Source: a virus (Duplodnaviria; Heunggongvirae; Uroviricota; Caudoviricetes). From it: DNA of 26,759 bases. The position numbers were made by a program, and so were the translations under genes. Numbering within the stretch: the first letter of the stretch is position 1; each line of letters opens with the position of its first letter. The notes under the pieces were generated by a model, which saw only the letters and a program-made list of their open reading frames with translations, did no database searches and was not told the DNA's origin. The stretch lies in IMG/VR virus record IMGVR_UViG_3300029085_000054; one strand, written 5' to 3'. Positions 18,024 through 25,372 of this stretch are shown here, in pieces.

Positions 18024-19057
18024 TGAGCAAGAAAAAAGGGAAAACACCGCGACCTGCGGCAAAGACAATCACCGCCAGCGCCCCGAAAATGGAAGCATTC
18101 ACCTTTGGTGAGCCGGTGCCGGTACTCGACCGCCGTGACATTCTGGATTACGTCGAGTGCATCAGTAACGGCAGATGGTATGAGCCACCGGTCAGCTTTA
18201 CCGGTCTGGCAAAAAGCCTGCGTGCTGCCGTGCATCACAGCTCACCGATTTACGTTAAACGCAATATTCTGGCCTCGACATTTATCCCGCATCCGTGGCT
18301 TTCCCAGCAGGATTTCAGCCGCTTTGTGCTGGATTTTCTGGTGTTCGGTAATGCATTTCTGGAAAAGCGTTACAGCACCACCGGTAAGGTCATCAGACTG
18401 GAAACCTCACCGGCAAAATATACCCGCCGTGGTGTGGAAGAGGATGTTTACTGGTGGGTGCCGTCCTTCAACGAGCCGACAGCCTTCGCACCCGGCTCCG
18501 TGTTTCACCTGCTGGAGCCGGATATTAATCAGGAGCTGTACGGCCTGCCGGAATATCTCAGCGCCCTTAACTCTGCCTGGCTGAATGAGTCGGCCACGCT
18601 GTTCCGCCGCAAGTATTACGAAAACGGCGCTCATGCCGGATACATCATGTACGTCACTGATGCCGTGCAGGATCGCAACGATATCGAAATGCTTCGCGAA
18701 AACATGGTGAAGTCGAAAGGCCGCAATAACTTTAAAAATCTGTTTCTCTATGCCCCGCAGGGGAAAGCTGACGGCATTAAAATTATCCCGCTCAGTGAAG
18801 TGGCGACGAAGGACGATTTTTTTAATATCAAAAAAGCCAGCGCCGCTGACCTGCTGGACGCACACCGCATCCCCTTTCAGTTGATGGGCGGCAAGCCGGA
18901 GAACGTCGGGTCACTGGGTGATATTGAGAAAGTGGCAAAGGTCTTTGTCCGCAATGAGCTTATCCCGTTACAGGACAGGATTCGGGAAATAAACGGCTGG
19001 CTCGGTCAGGAGGTTATCCGCTTTAAAAACTACTCACTGGACACTGACAACGGCTGA
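18023..19057 (+). CDS. Q: Portal protein gpQ (344 aa)
   Basis: ORF track 344 aa; translationally coupled to P; lies about 170 nt from cos as in P2. Confidence 0.92.
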   Translation: MSKKKGKTPRPAAKTITASAPKMEAFTFGEPVPVLDRRDILDYVECISNGRWYEPPVSFTGLAKSLRAAVHHSSPIYVKRNILASTFIPHPWLSQQDFSRFVLDFLVFGNAFLEKRYSTTGKVIRLETSPAKYTRRGVEEDVYWWVPSFNEPTAFAPGSVFHLLEPDINQELYGLPEYLSALNSAWLNESATLFRRKYYENGAHAGYIMYVTDAVQDRNDIEMLRENMVKSKGRNNFKNLFLYAPQGKADGIKIIPLSEVATKDDFFNIKKASAADLLDAHRIPFQLMGGKPENVGSLGDIEKVAKVFVRNELIPLQDRIREINGWLGQEVIRFKNYSLDTDNG

Positions 19058-19061
19058 ACAT

Positions 19062-19084
19062 CGCCGCCTGCGGGCGGCTTTTTC
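19062..19084 (+). terminator. Rho-independent terminator after Q
   Basis: GCCGCC-TGCG-GGCGGC followed by TTTTT immediately after the Q stop codon. Confidence 0.7.
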
Positions 19085-19226
19085 ACACCCCGCCATCACG
19101 CCCTCACACGCTCATCACCGCACAAAAAATCCCGCAGACACACCAACGCCCTAGCAGGCCAAATAAACGCCTTCACGACGCGCTCAGACGCTGAAAAAAT
19201 AAAATCAGCACCACCGTCAGCGCGCA

Positions 19227-19245
19227 GTGCTTTCCCCGCCTCGCC
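19227..19245. other. cos: cos cohesive-end site (19 nt), matching the P2 cohesive end as recalled
   Basis: Plus strand GTGCTTTCCCCGCCTCGCC is the reverse complement of GGCGAGGCGGGGAAAGCAC, which I recall as the P2 5' cohesive end; the flanking sequence also matches my recollection of the P2 left end. Confidence 0.8.
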
Positions 19246-19404
19246 CGCCCGCTTCGTGGTGCTGTTTTAATGCAGTTGCATGAACACTCCAAGAGCGCGC
19301 CAGCACTGGCGGCGCTCACACGTAACGGGGAAGGAAAACGCATGCGATTCGATGCAGTAATGCATGCGGAGCTGAAAAATGGCAGAAAATACTGAAAAAA
19401 CGCA

Positions 19405-19433
19405 TAAAAAAACCGGCATTCAGGTTGCCGGTT
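19405..19433 (-). terminator. Rho-independent terminator acting on minus-strand transcripts entering from the hotspot
   Basis: Stem ACCGGCA / TGCCGGT with a 7-nt loop; on the minus strand it is followed by a 7-nt T run (plus-strand A run 19405..19411). Confidence 0.6.
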
Positions 19434-19570
19434 TGAGTCAGCTTCATTGTGGTTACTTGTCGCGCAATGCGCCAATAATACTGGTCAGGCAACAAGTGGC
19501 AACAATCAGCAAAAAAACCGTCGTCCACGGATTTTCATAAACGAGAGATAACATATTGATAAAGTTCCTT

Positions 19571-19702
19571 TTATTTGTTCATTCTGATGTGGTTTAAAAG
19601 GTGTTTGATAACGACCGTAAGCTCATCTTTACTGGCTTGCTCGACCATTTTTTCGGTGTAGCTTTCCACTTCGCGGGAACTCAGGTCGTTATTTGAGGCC
19701 AT
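19571..19702 (-). CDS. Hypothetical small protein (43 aa from ATG 19702; an alternative ATG at 19765 gives 64 aa); uncertain
   Basis: Minus-strand frame MASNNDLSSREVESYTEKMVEQASKDELTVVIKHLLNHIRMNK has protein-like composition; weak RBS-like AAGAGA upstream; diverges from the 143-aa gene. Confidence 0.25.
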   Translation of the reverse strand: MASNNDLSSREVESYTEKMVEQASKDELTVVIKHLLNHIRMNK

Positions 19703-19763
19703 TACAGTGAGTCTCTTTGCCCAGTCGGCATAAGGGTCTTTAATTGATGAAAGGGAATTATGC

Positions 19764-20195
19764 ATGTCCAAAAACCTCGAATTATTTAACCAGCAGACGG
19801 CTGAAATCTTTGCGGTGCTATGGGATAACTTTCCTGTACCACAAGTCATCACCTACAAAAAATTTAACGCCGCGTTACCTGATGATTACTTTGACCAACT
19901 TAACTCACCAGAAATGAAAGCACTGAATCAGTTGCGTAGTGTGGTTGATGGCACATTCACTTTCCTAAGCGAAAACGGCTATATTCTGTACGGAACAGAC
20001 CATCAGACCGGTTTTCATGATGTGCGCCTGACCGAGAAAGCACTCGCAGTGCTCAACAAAAAACCCGAAGCACTCGGTGGTAATGAAACAATGGGAGATA
20101 AGATTATCAGCGCGGTGAAGGACGGGACGCCTGGTGTTATTGCCGGTGCAGTAACAAACCTGCTTACCCTCGGAGTCAATCTAATGACCAGCTAA
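19764..20195 (+). CDS. Hypothetical hotspot cargo protein (143 aa) with a Gly-rich hydrophobic C-terminal segment; no family recognised
   Basis: Only long ORF in the AT-rich hotspot; ATG at 19764 preceded by AAGGGA at 19751..19756; C-terminus GTPGVIAGAVTNLLTLGVNLM is hydrophobic and contains a GxxxG motif. Confidence 0.6.
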   Translation: MSKNLELFNQQTAEIFAVLWDNFPVPQVITYKKFNAALPDDYFDQLNSPEMKALNQLRSVVDGTFTFLSENGYILYGTDHQTGFHDVRLTEKALAVLNKKPEALGGNETMGDKIISAVKDGTPGVIAGAVTNLLTLGVNLMTS

Positions 20196-20220
20196 CGCCT
20201 CGCTGCGCTCGTTGTTCAAC

Positions 20221-20259
20221 CCCGCCAGCCCTGAAAACAAGTTTCACGACTGGCGGCGT
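20221..20259. terminator. Imperfect long hairpin between the convergent 143-aa gene and the small minus-strand ORFs; possible bidirectional terminator
   Basis: CCGCCAG ... CTGGCGG inverted repeat with partial internal pairing (CTGAAAAC / GTTTCACG); no strong T run on either side. Confidence 0.35.
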
Positions 20260-20262
20260 TCT

Positions 20263-20469
20263 CTATCGTCTGCGTGGTGGTGGCATAACTCTGGATTGAC
20301 CGATATGGTTAAACCGCCCGTAATTATCCCGGACTATTTCGGCACACCCGACCAGCTCATCGGGCGTCAGATTTTCGTTGACCATAATCTGCTGCAAACG
20401 CTGAACAATAGCCATCAGCTTGATATTTTTAGTTTTATGGTGCGGTATCTCACCTGGTATTCTGTGCAT
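20263..20469 (-). CDS. Hypothetical small protein (68 aa); uncertain
   Basis: Manual translation from ATG 20469..20467: MHRIPGEIPHHKTKNIKLMAIVQRLQQIMVNENLTPDELVGCAEIVRDNYGRFNHIGQSRVMPPPRRR. Its start overlaps the stop of the upstream 45-aa ORF (TAATG). The opposite strand carries a competing TTG-start ORF. Confidence 0.35.
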   Translation of the reverse strand: MHRIPGEIPHHKTKNIKLMAIVQRLQQIMVNENLTPDELVGCAEIVRDNYGRFNHIGQSRVMPPPRRR

Positions 20470-20606
20470 TATCCAAGCCACCCGTTTTGCTGTGCACGCT
20501 CCATCTGTTCATCTGAATAATTCCATGCTCCATCCGTGGCAACCATTGCCCCGCCAGACATCCCCGTCTCTGGTTCATACATAACAGCAAGGCCGAGCTG
20601 ATGCAT
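20469..20606 (-). CDS. Hypothetical small protein (45 aa); uncertain
   Basis: Manual translation from ATG 20606..20604: MHQLGLAVMYEPETGMSGGAMVATDGAWNYSDEQMERAQQNGWLG, stop TAA 20471..20469. No clear Shine-Dalgarno; below the ORF-track length cutoff. Confidence 0.28.
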   Translation of the reverse strand: MHQLGLAVMYEPETGMSGGAMVATDGAWNYSDEQMERAQQNGWLG

Positions 20607-20654
20607 AATTTCATGATTAATTCTGAATACCAGGCCACGCTCACTAAGTTCTTT

Positions 20655-20921
20655 TCAGTTCACAATCTTATATGCTCCCGTATTAAGCAGCTCAATACTT
20701 AGCAAGACATAATCTTCCAGCCAGTCTGACAGGTCAGTAACATCTGTTATCCGGGCTTCAACCTTTCGCCCCGTAAACACACCCTGCACCCATTCATGCA
20801 AAATCAGTGTGTCCCCGCGCTCATAATTACGGTCATTTTTCCGAAACTCTGCACGTTTATGTCCTTCCAGCACAAGGTCGAAATATTTTGCGTGCAGCTT
20901 TACCTCGTGAATTTTTGCCAT
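20655..20921 (-). CDS. orf91-like small protein downstream of A (88 aa); possibly ASCH/PUA-like fold
   Basis: ATG 20921..20919 overlaps the A stop (TAATG) and is preceded by GGAG; product MAKIHEVKLHAKYFDLVLEGHKRAEFRKNDRNYERGDTLILHEW; occupies the P2 orf91 position. Confidence 0.75.
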   Translation of the reverse strand: MAKIHEVKLHAKYFDLVLEGHKRAEFRKNDRNYERGDTLILHEWVQGVFTGRKVEARITDVTDLSDWLEDYVLLSIELLNTGAYKIVN

Positions 20922-23206
20922 TATGTCCACTCCATTACTGTTGAGAATCCCGGCCACTCATCAGCGACCGGATACGTGAATTTTTTCCCGTCGTAATTTA
21001 CGGTTGCCCCACGCGCCAGCGCCTCAATCTCCCATCGCTGAGGCCTGATACCGTTCTGAGCAAGGTCAACGCGGATACGGGTGATTTGCATTCGCTCCGA
21101 CCGGGTCAGTCTGGCCGACGGTGCAATTTCATGCGGTTTTAACGGGCTTCCGTTTCTTTGCTGACGATTAGGTGTTCTCAGGCCGTGTTTTAATGCGCCC
21201 CTGAGCGCCCTCACAACCTCCGGGTCGTTCCATTCGATAACACCACCATCAACCAGATTAAGCACTGCTGCGGCGTGCTCAGAAGGTGTGGGAGCCGGTA
21301 ACGCAGTATCACCGCCGGTGAGCTTTCCACAGTTATTGACAGGACTCCGAGGCGCGGCGATGCCGCTTTTTAAAGTCAAAGGCTCAACGACCGGAACTTT
21401 CGGCACAATGCGCCAGTCCGTCGTTCTGGTGATATGAATATGACGCGCGCCGAGATGCGGCGCGTAAATGCCGACCACTCTCTCGACTTCTTCCTCGTAC
21501 TCGTTAACTTCATCCGACGGACTACGGGCAACCCTGACAGTCTGACAATCGCGCGGAACATTTGCCCCACCCTGCGCGCTGATATACAACGCAAAATCAC
21601 CACTGTCTGCGGCAGCGCGTGCAGCCTCGACGCGTTCGTCAAACTCATCAGCAATGCTGACGCCGCGAGGCAATTTGCGTAGTTCACGGTAAGCCCCCAT
21701 TGTCGGCAGACCAACCGTTTTAAATTGCGGGATGCGCCACGTTGACGCCCATGCGGTAACAGCCGCCGCAGTGTCTTTCAGCGGCCTGCCGGTATCGTTA
21801 TCGAGCTGACCATCCAGTGCATAGCCGTCGATGTTTTTTGAGATGTATTTCGCGATATATCCCGCAGCACCGCCCCGGTTAAGGTGTTTCGCCTGAAAAC
21901 GGTTTCGCGCGGCTCCTCTTTCGTCGCCATCTTCTTTGAGCGCATAGCGACGCATGGTTTCGATAATCTGGTTACGCTGACGTGGATTACAAAAAAGCAT
22001 CATATGCCAGTGCGGCGTTCCGTCGTGGTGTGGCTCGACGACACGCAAACCGTAGACCTGTAAATCATTATCCTTGAATGCCGTGCGCATCAGGCTCCAG
22101 ATACGGCAGAGATAACGCTGCGCATCCTTTGGATTAAATGCCTCATCGTTCCAGCCGTGATTTAGCTGGACGGTTTTACTTTCGCCTTTTCCGACCTGAC
22201 GTGTCGGGTGATACTTTGACGGCGCGGTCAGCGTGATAAACATCCCCACATCACCCTCTGCGGCGGCGTAACGCTCAATACCGGCAATGGTGTTCATCAG
22301 CTCCATCCGGCGAATTTCAGGATTAGAAATACTGCCCATCACCTTACTGATAAGGTCGATGCGCTCGCCGGTTTCCCTGTTTTCAAGGTCACACGATTTA
22401 AGAAATTCCAGATTTGCCTGGCGGCGTGCACGCACATCACGAATGGCATGTTTACTGGCATAAGGAGAACGGTCTTTATTCACCTCCCCGACAGCAATCA
22501 GTAACGCCTCATGCCAGCGCATACGCTGACCTTTAAGCTGATGAGTCCACCACTCATCGTTAAACAGACGGGCAATGGCAGAATATGCCTGCCTCGTGGT
22601 CATCTGTCCTTTACGGTATTTTTTCCAGTAGAGAGGGGAAATATTGAAAGCTCGTGCAGCGCCAGCAATATGACCATACAGATGCGCCTGAGCCTCATCC
22701 GTAAACAGCGATTCTTTCTCGCCATGTGCATCAACCCATGCATCGCAGAGTTCCTCATACATCATGAAAAGCTGCGATGAGATACGGGCGGCAAACTTTT
22801 TCAGTTCCTTGTCATTCATCCCCGGCAGACGCGCATAATGGTCACGCTCTGCCAGAAACAGCAACGACGCGTCGGTGTTCATTTCATGGCGCTGATTCAC
22901 GCGCTCAATGCGCGGCCATAAACGACGCTGAAAAGTGGATGTGAGGAAATAAAACCCGTGCACCGGGCTTTTATTGCGCCGGATGTAGTCATAGCGTGAG
23001 GTAAACAGCGAGCGCAAAAAGTAAGGCAGGCGGTTAATCGTGGATAAAACACCTTGCACCTGACGCATCTCGTCACGTGTAAGGGGTCTTTCGCGCCCGA
23101 CGGCCTCGCGTGGCGCGTTCCATGCATAAGCACCGGTAAACGCCTTACCGGTGCCTGCGGCAAATGCTGACGGAGGGACAAAACGCCCGGAGGCTTTAAC
23201 GGCCAT
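20921..23206 (-). CDS. A: Replication initiation (rolling-circle nicking) protein gpA (761 aa)
   Basis: From ATG 23206..23204 the product MAVKASGRFVPPSAFAAGTGK... is 761 aa and matches P2 gpA as I recall it along its length; the ORF-track start at 23248 is an upstream extension. Confidence 0.93.
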   Translation of the reverse strand: MAVKASGRFVPPSAFAAGTGKAFTGAYAWNAPREAVGRERPLTRDEMRQVQGVLSTINRLPYFLRSLFTSRYDYIRRNKSPVHGFYFLTSTFQRRLWPRIERVNQRHEMNTDASLLFLAERDHYARLPGMNDKELKKFAARISSQLFMMYEELCDAWVDAHGEKESLFTDEAQAHLYGHIAGAARAFNISPLYWKKYRKGQMTTRQAYSAIARLFNDEWWTHQLKGQRMRWHEALLIAVGEVNKDRSPYASKHAIRDVRARRQANLEFLKSCDLENRETGERIDLISKVMGSISNPEIRRMELMNTIAGIERYAAAEGDVGMFITLTAPSKYHPTRQVGKGESKTVQLNHGWNDEAFNPKDAQRYLCRIWSLMRTAFKDNDLQVYGLRVVEPHHDGTPHWHMMLFCNPRQRNQIIETMRRYALKEDGDERGAARNRFQAKHLNRGGAAGYIAKYISKNIDGYALDGQLDNDTGRPLKDTAAAVTAWASTWRIPQFKTVGLPTMGAYRELRKLPRGVSIADEFDERVEAARAAADSGDFALYISAQGGANVPRDCQTVRVARSPSDEVNEYEEEVERVVGIYAPHLGARHIHITRTTDWRIVPKVPVVEPLTLKSGIAAPRSPVNNCGKLTGGDTALPAPTPSEHAAAVLNLVDGGVIEWNDPEVVRALRGALKHGLRTPNRQQRNGSPLKPHEIAPSARLTRSERMQITRIRVDLAQNGIRPQRWEIEALARGATVNYDGKKFTYPVADEWPGFSTVMEWT

Positions 23207-23471
23207 ATGAGCCAAAAGCCTCTGAACAACACCTGCTGAGTTGCTCAACCTGCGCGTTTAAATCAGCAAAAGACTTTGCGCTTCCGGTCAGAATATCGTG
23301 ATGCATCAGGCCGGAAACGAGCTGGCTTAATTTCGGGTAATAACCAACCACCGACAGCCATTCCTGACCGGCGTTTTTACCGCTTTCCGCTCTCTTTTTC
23401 TCGTGGAGAATAAACTGAAAGCTGTCACTGGTAACGACATAACGTTCGCCAATTTCAATACGAATGCTCAT
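23196..23471 (-). CDS. orf83-like hypothetical protein (91 aa)
   Basis: ATG at 23471 overlaps the stop of the upstream gene (ATGA); 3' end overlaps the A start. Confidence 0.7.
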   Translation of the reverse strand: MSIRIEIGERYVVTSDSFQFILHEKKRAESGKNAGQEWLSVVGYYPKLSQLVSGLMHHDILTGSAKSFADLNAQVEQLSRCCSEAFGSYGR

Positions 23472-23692
23472 GCCATTCTCCGGTAATGTTTGTTTTTTGC
23501 TTCAAAGACTGACTGACAGGAAACACAACGCGTGGCTGATGGATAAGCCGCACGACGGGCAGCAGGTATTGGCGCGTCACACTCTTCGCAAACCAGCGCA
23601 GAAACACCGCAATGTTTTACCCTTGCCGCGTTAATCTGGCGCTCCAGTAATTCAGCCTGTTGTTCCTGAATAAAATCTACGTTGTCCGGCAT
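23468..23692 (-). CDS. orf82-like C4 zinc-finger protein, DksA/TraR-like (74 aa)
   Basis: Two Cys pairs CEEC ... CVSC about 20 residues apart, typical spacing of a DksA/TraR-type zinc finger; start overlaps the upstream stop (TAATG). Confidence 0.75.
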   Translation of the reverse strand: MPDNVDFIQEQQAELLERQINAARVKHCGVSALVCEECDAPIPAARRAAYPSATRCVSCQSVFEAKNKHYRRMA

Positions 23693-23994
23693 TACCAGTT
23701 CCTTTTGTCGTTCAGCTTCTTAAATTTATCAGCGCAATAGCTGGCGATTTCTGTCGTTAATTTCGTCAGTTCATCCACGGAGGAAATTTGCTTGTGGAAT
23801 ACAGCGCGTTTAACAAGTAAATTGACCACATCAGACAGGAGGTTTAATTCATTCTGATAAATCGCGATAACATATTCAGTTATTTCGCGTTTTTCTTTAT
23901 CAAGACCAAGTTGAATAAGAGACAAATCGCCATTTTTCATAACGGCGATTTTTAAGGCGTTATTCAGTAATACAACTGAATGAGAACAGGACAT
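23692..23994 (-). CDS. orf81-like hypothetical protein (100 aa from ATG 23994; the track start at 23997 is TTG)
   Basis: ATG 23994..23992 overlaps the upstream stop (TGATG); start uncertain, an internal Met would give about 82 aa. Confidence 0.65.
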   Translation of the reverse strand: MSCSHSVVLLNNALKIAVMKNGDLSLIQLGLDKEKREITEYVIAIYQNELNLLSDVVNLLVKRAVFHKQISSVDELTKLTTEIASYCADKFKKLNDKRNW

Positions 23995-24218
23995 CAAAGC
24001 ACCTCCCCGCGAGATAATCCGATATTGTGAAATTTTTCCGACTCCTGACTGAGCAGCTCGACTATCTCCACGCGGGATAACTCCGCCTTTGTGATGTGGC
24101 GAATCATGGCGTCAAGATGAGAAGAGAAGCGCGTCGCTGCGTCGGCCTGTGCTTCGGTTCTGGCCTGTTGCAGCAGTAATGCGTATTTACCGCACTGATT
24201 TTCAGAAACTGTATGCAT
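23994..24218 (-). CDS. orf80-like hypothetical protein (74 aa from ATG 24218; the track start at 24251 is TTG)
   Basis: ATG 24218..24216 preceded by GGAGAAA at about 5 nt; the 85-aa track form begins at a TTG. Confidence 0.65.
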   Translation of the reverse strand: MHTVSENQCGKYALLLQQARTEAQADAATRFSSHLDAMIRHITKAELSRVEIVELLSQESEKFHNIGLSRGEVL

Positions 24219-24281
24219 GACTTTCTCCAGACAAAAAGAAGCCCCGCACAATTAAGCGCGTTAAAAACTCTGGTTAATTAT

Positions 24282-24788
24282 TTAATGCAGATATTGCTCT
24301 GGTTTTACCGACGTCAGAATTGTCGGTGCATACTCAAACAGACTGAATAATTCACGTAATGCACGGAACAAAGCATCACGCCAGTAACATGATTCTTCAT
24401 TAATTCGCCAGTATGGCTGGTTAAATTCTTTTTCTGTCAGTCGTGCGTGCATAAATAAAGTGCGACGCTGACTTACTGTTAAAAAACTAATATATGCATA
24501 CTCACTTGCGCCAACCTGACGGCGTTTTGAGAATGCCCCACGCAATTCATCAATTGCACATACCAGCCGTTCACGTTCGACGTCGTTCATTTCTTCAAAA
24601 CGCATCGTTGCGTGACGCTGTTTTAACTGCGCATGAAAGCAAACCGTTAACCGTTCGCGCTCCATCATCTGATTATAATAATCACATGTATCCTGCCAGC
24701 GAGGGACGGCAAGATGCTTACCAATTATCCGGCGCATAGTTGCTGGCTGTTTTTCAACGAGATTGAGCGTCATCACTGTCATTTCCAT
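24282..24788 (-). CDS. B: Replication protein gpB (168 aa)
   Basis: ORF track 168 aa; position between cox/orf78 and the orf80-83 cluster; P2 B is 166 aa as I recall. Confidence 0.85.
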   Translation of the reverse strand: MEMTVMTLNLVEKQPATMRRIIGKHLAVPRWQDTCDYYNQMMERERLTVCFHAQLKQRHATMRFEEMNDVERERLVCAIDELRGAFSKRRQVGASEYAYISFLTVSQRRTLFMHARLTEKEFNQPYWRINEESCYWRDALFRALRELFSLFEYAPTILTSVKPEQYLH

Positions 24789-24976
24789 ACCCTCCGGCTT
24801 TTCAGAAAGGTCAGAGCCTTTTTTAACGGACTCTGTTTTTTGGTGCGGATAATGATTCCCTTGCGTCCCTTCCCGTGGGTGATGGTGAAGTCAATCGCCC
24901 TGGGGCTTTCGTTACGCAGTAACTGAGCAATACAACGCGGCTCATTCATAATCACAACCCCATCCACAAAAGCCAT
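24779..24976 (-). CDS. orf78-like small protein (65 aa)
   Basis: ATG at 24976; overlaps the cox stop and the B start; occupies the P2 orf78 position. Confidence 0.6.
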   Translation of the reverse strand: MAFVDGVVIMNEPRCIAQLLRNESPRAIDFTITHGKGRKGIIIRTKKQSPLKKALTFLKSRRVWK

Positions 24977-25224
24977 GCATCACGCTGTTCAACCGGTCGG
25001 TTATAAAACGCCTCATGCACACCGCGATTGAACTCAGGAATGAAAACCAGCTTGTCGCCTGCGCGAGCATTTGGTTTGTTTGGATCACGAAACTCAACAA
25101 CCGGCAGCTTATTAGCTTTAATCATTTCAACAACCGCAGTACGCGGTTTTCCGAGCAATTCTGCGAACTTATCAGGGTGTACCGCGTCAATCGGATACTG
25201 AATTACATAGTTGTTTGCGTCCAT
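24952..25224 (-). CDS. cox: Cox-like excisionase / early repressor (90 aa)
   Basis: From ATG 25224..25222: MDANNYVIQYPIDAVHPDKFAELLGKPRTAVVEMIKANKLPVV ... AWLLWMGL; the helix-turn-helix region and the C-terminal WLxWxGL resemble P2 Cox as I recall it; divergent from C. Confidence 0.8.
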   Translation of the reverse strand: MDANNYVIQYPIDAVHPDKFAELLGKPRTAVVEMIKANKLPVVEFRDPNKPNARAGDKLVFIPEFNRGVHEAFYNRPVEQRDAWLLWMGL

Positions 25225-25372
25225 AAAACACACCTGTCGTGCTAATCTTATTTGTTCCAGCCCTTTCAAAACCGCTCAGGAACGCTCCTGACTGGCTGGA
25301 CTCACGCCCCAAAAGGTTTCCAAACAAGTACCTTTTGAGGGGAATATAGTCTCCATAAGGGAACCATGTCAA
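25225..25372. promoter_or_regulatory. Divergent cox/C switch region (expected early and repressor promoters and operators); contains an 11-13 bp imperfect inverted repeat at 25307..25342
   Basis: Intergenic region between divergent cox and C; CCCCAAAAGGT (25307..25317) and ACCTTTTGAGGGG (25330..25342) form an inverted repeat with a 12-nt spacer; TATAGT at 25345..25350 is a possible -10 element. Confidence 0.5.

Noticed and set aside
19173-19540. Minus ORFs 19173..19475 (100 aa) and 19316..19528 (70 aa), and a 53-aa plus ORF 19379..19540.
   Set aside because: They span the cos site and/or the terminator hairpin, start at GTG in the track, and have implausible compositions; the region is better explained as cos plus terminator.
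20212-20520. 102-aa plus-strand ORF as the coding frame of this segment.
   Set aside because: Not fully rejected, but down-weighted: it starts at TTG, its first in-frame ATG is at 20305, and its composition (WWW, CC) is odd; the two ATG-started, coupled minus-strand ORFs look at least as plausible. Kept as an open ambiguity in the findings.
20921-23248. The 775-aa form of gpA starting at 23248, and the 100-aa form of the orf91-like gene starting at 20957.
   Set aside because: The upstream extensions start at non-canonical or unsupported codons; the ATG at 23206 gives the 761-aa P2-length protein, and the ATG at 20921 is coupled to the A stop and has an SD.
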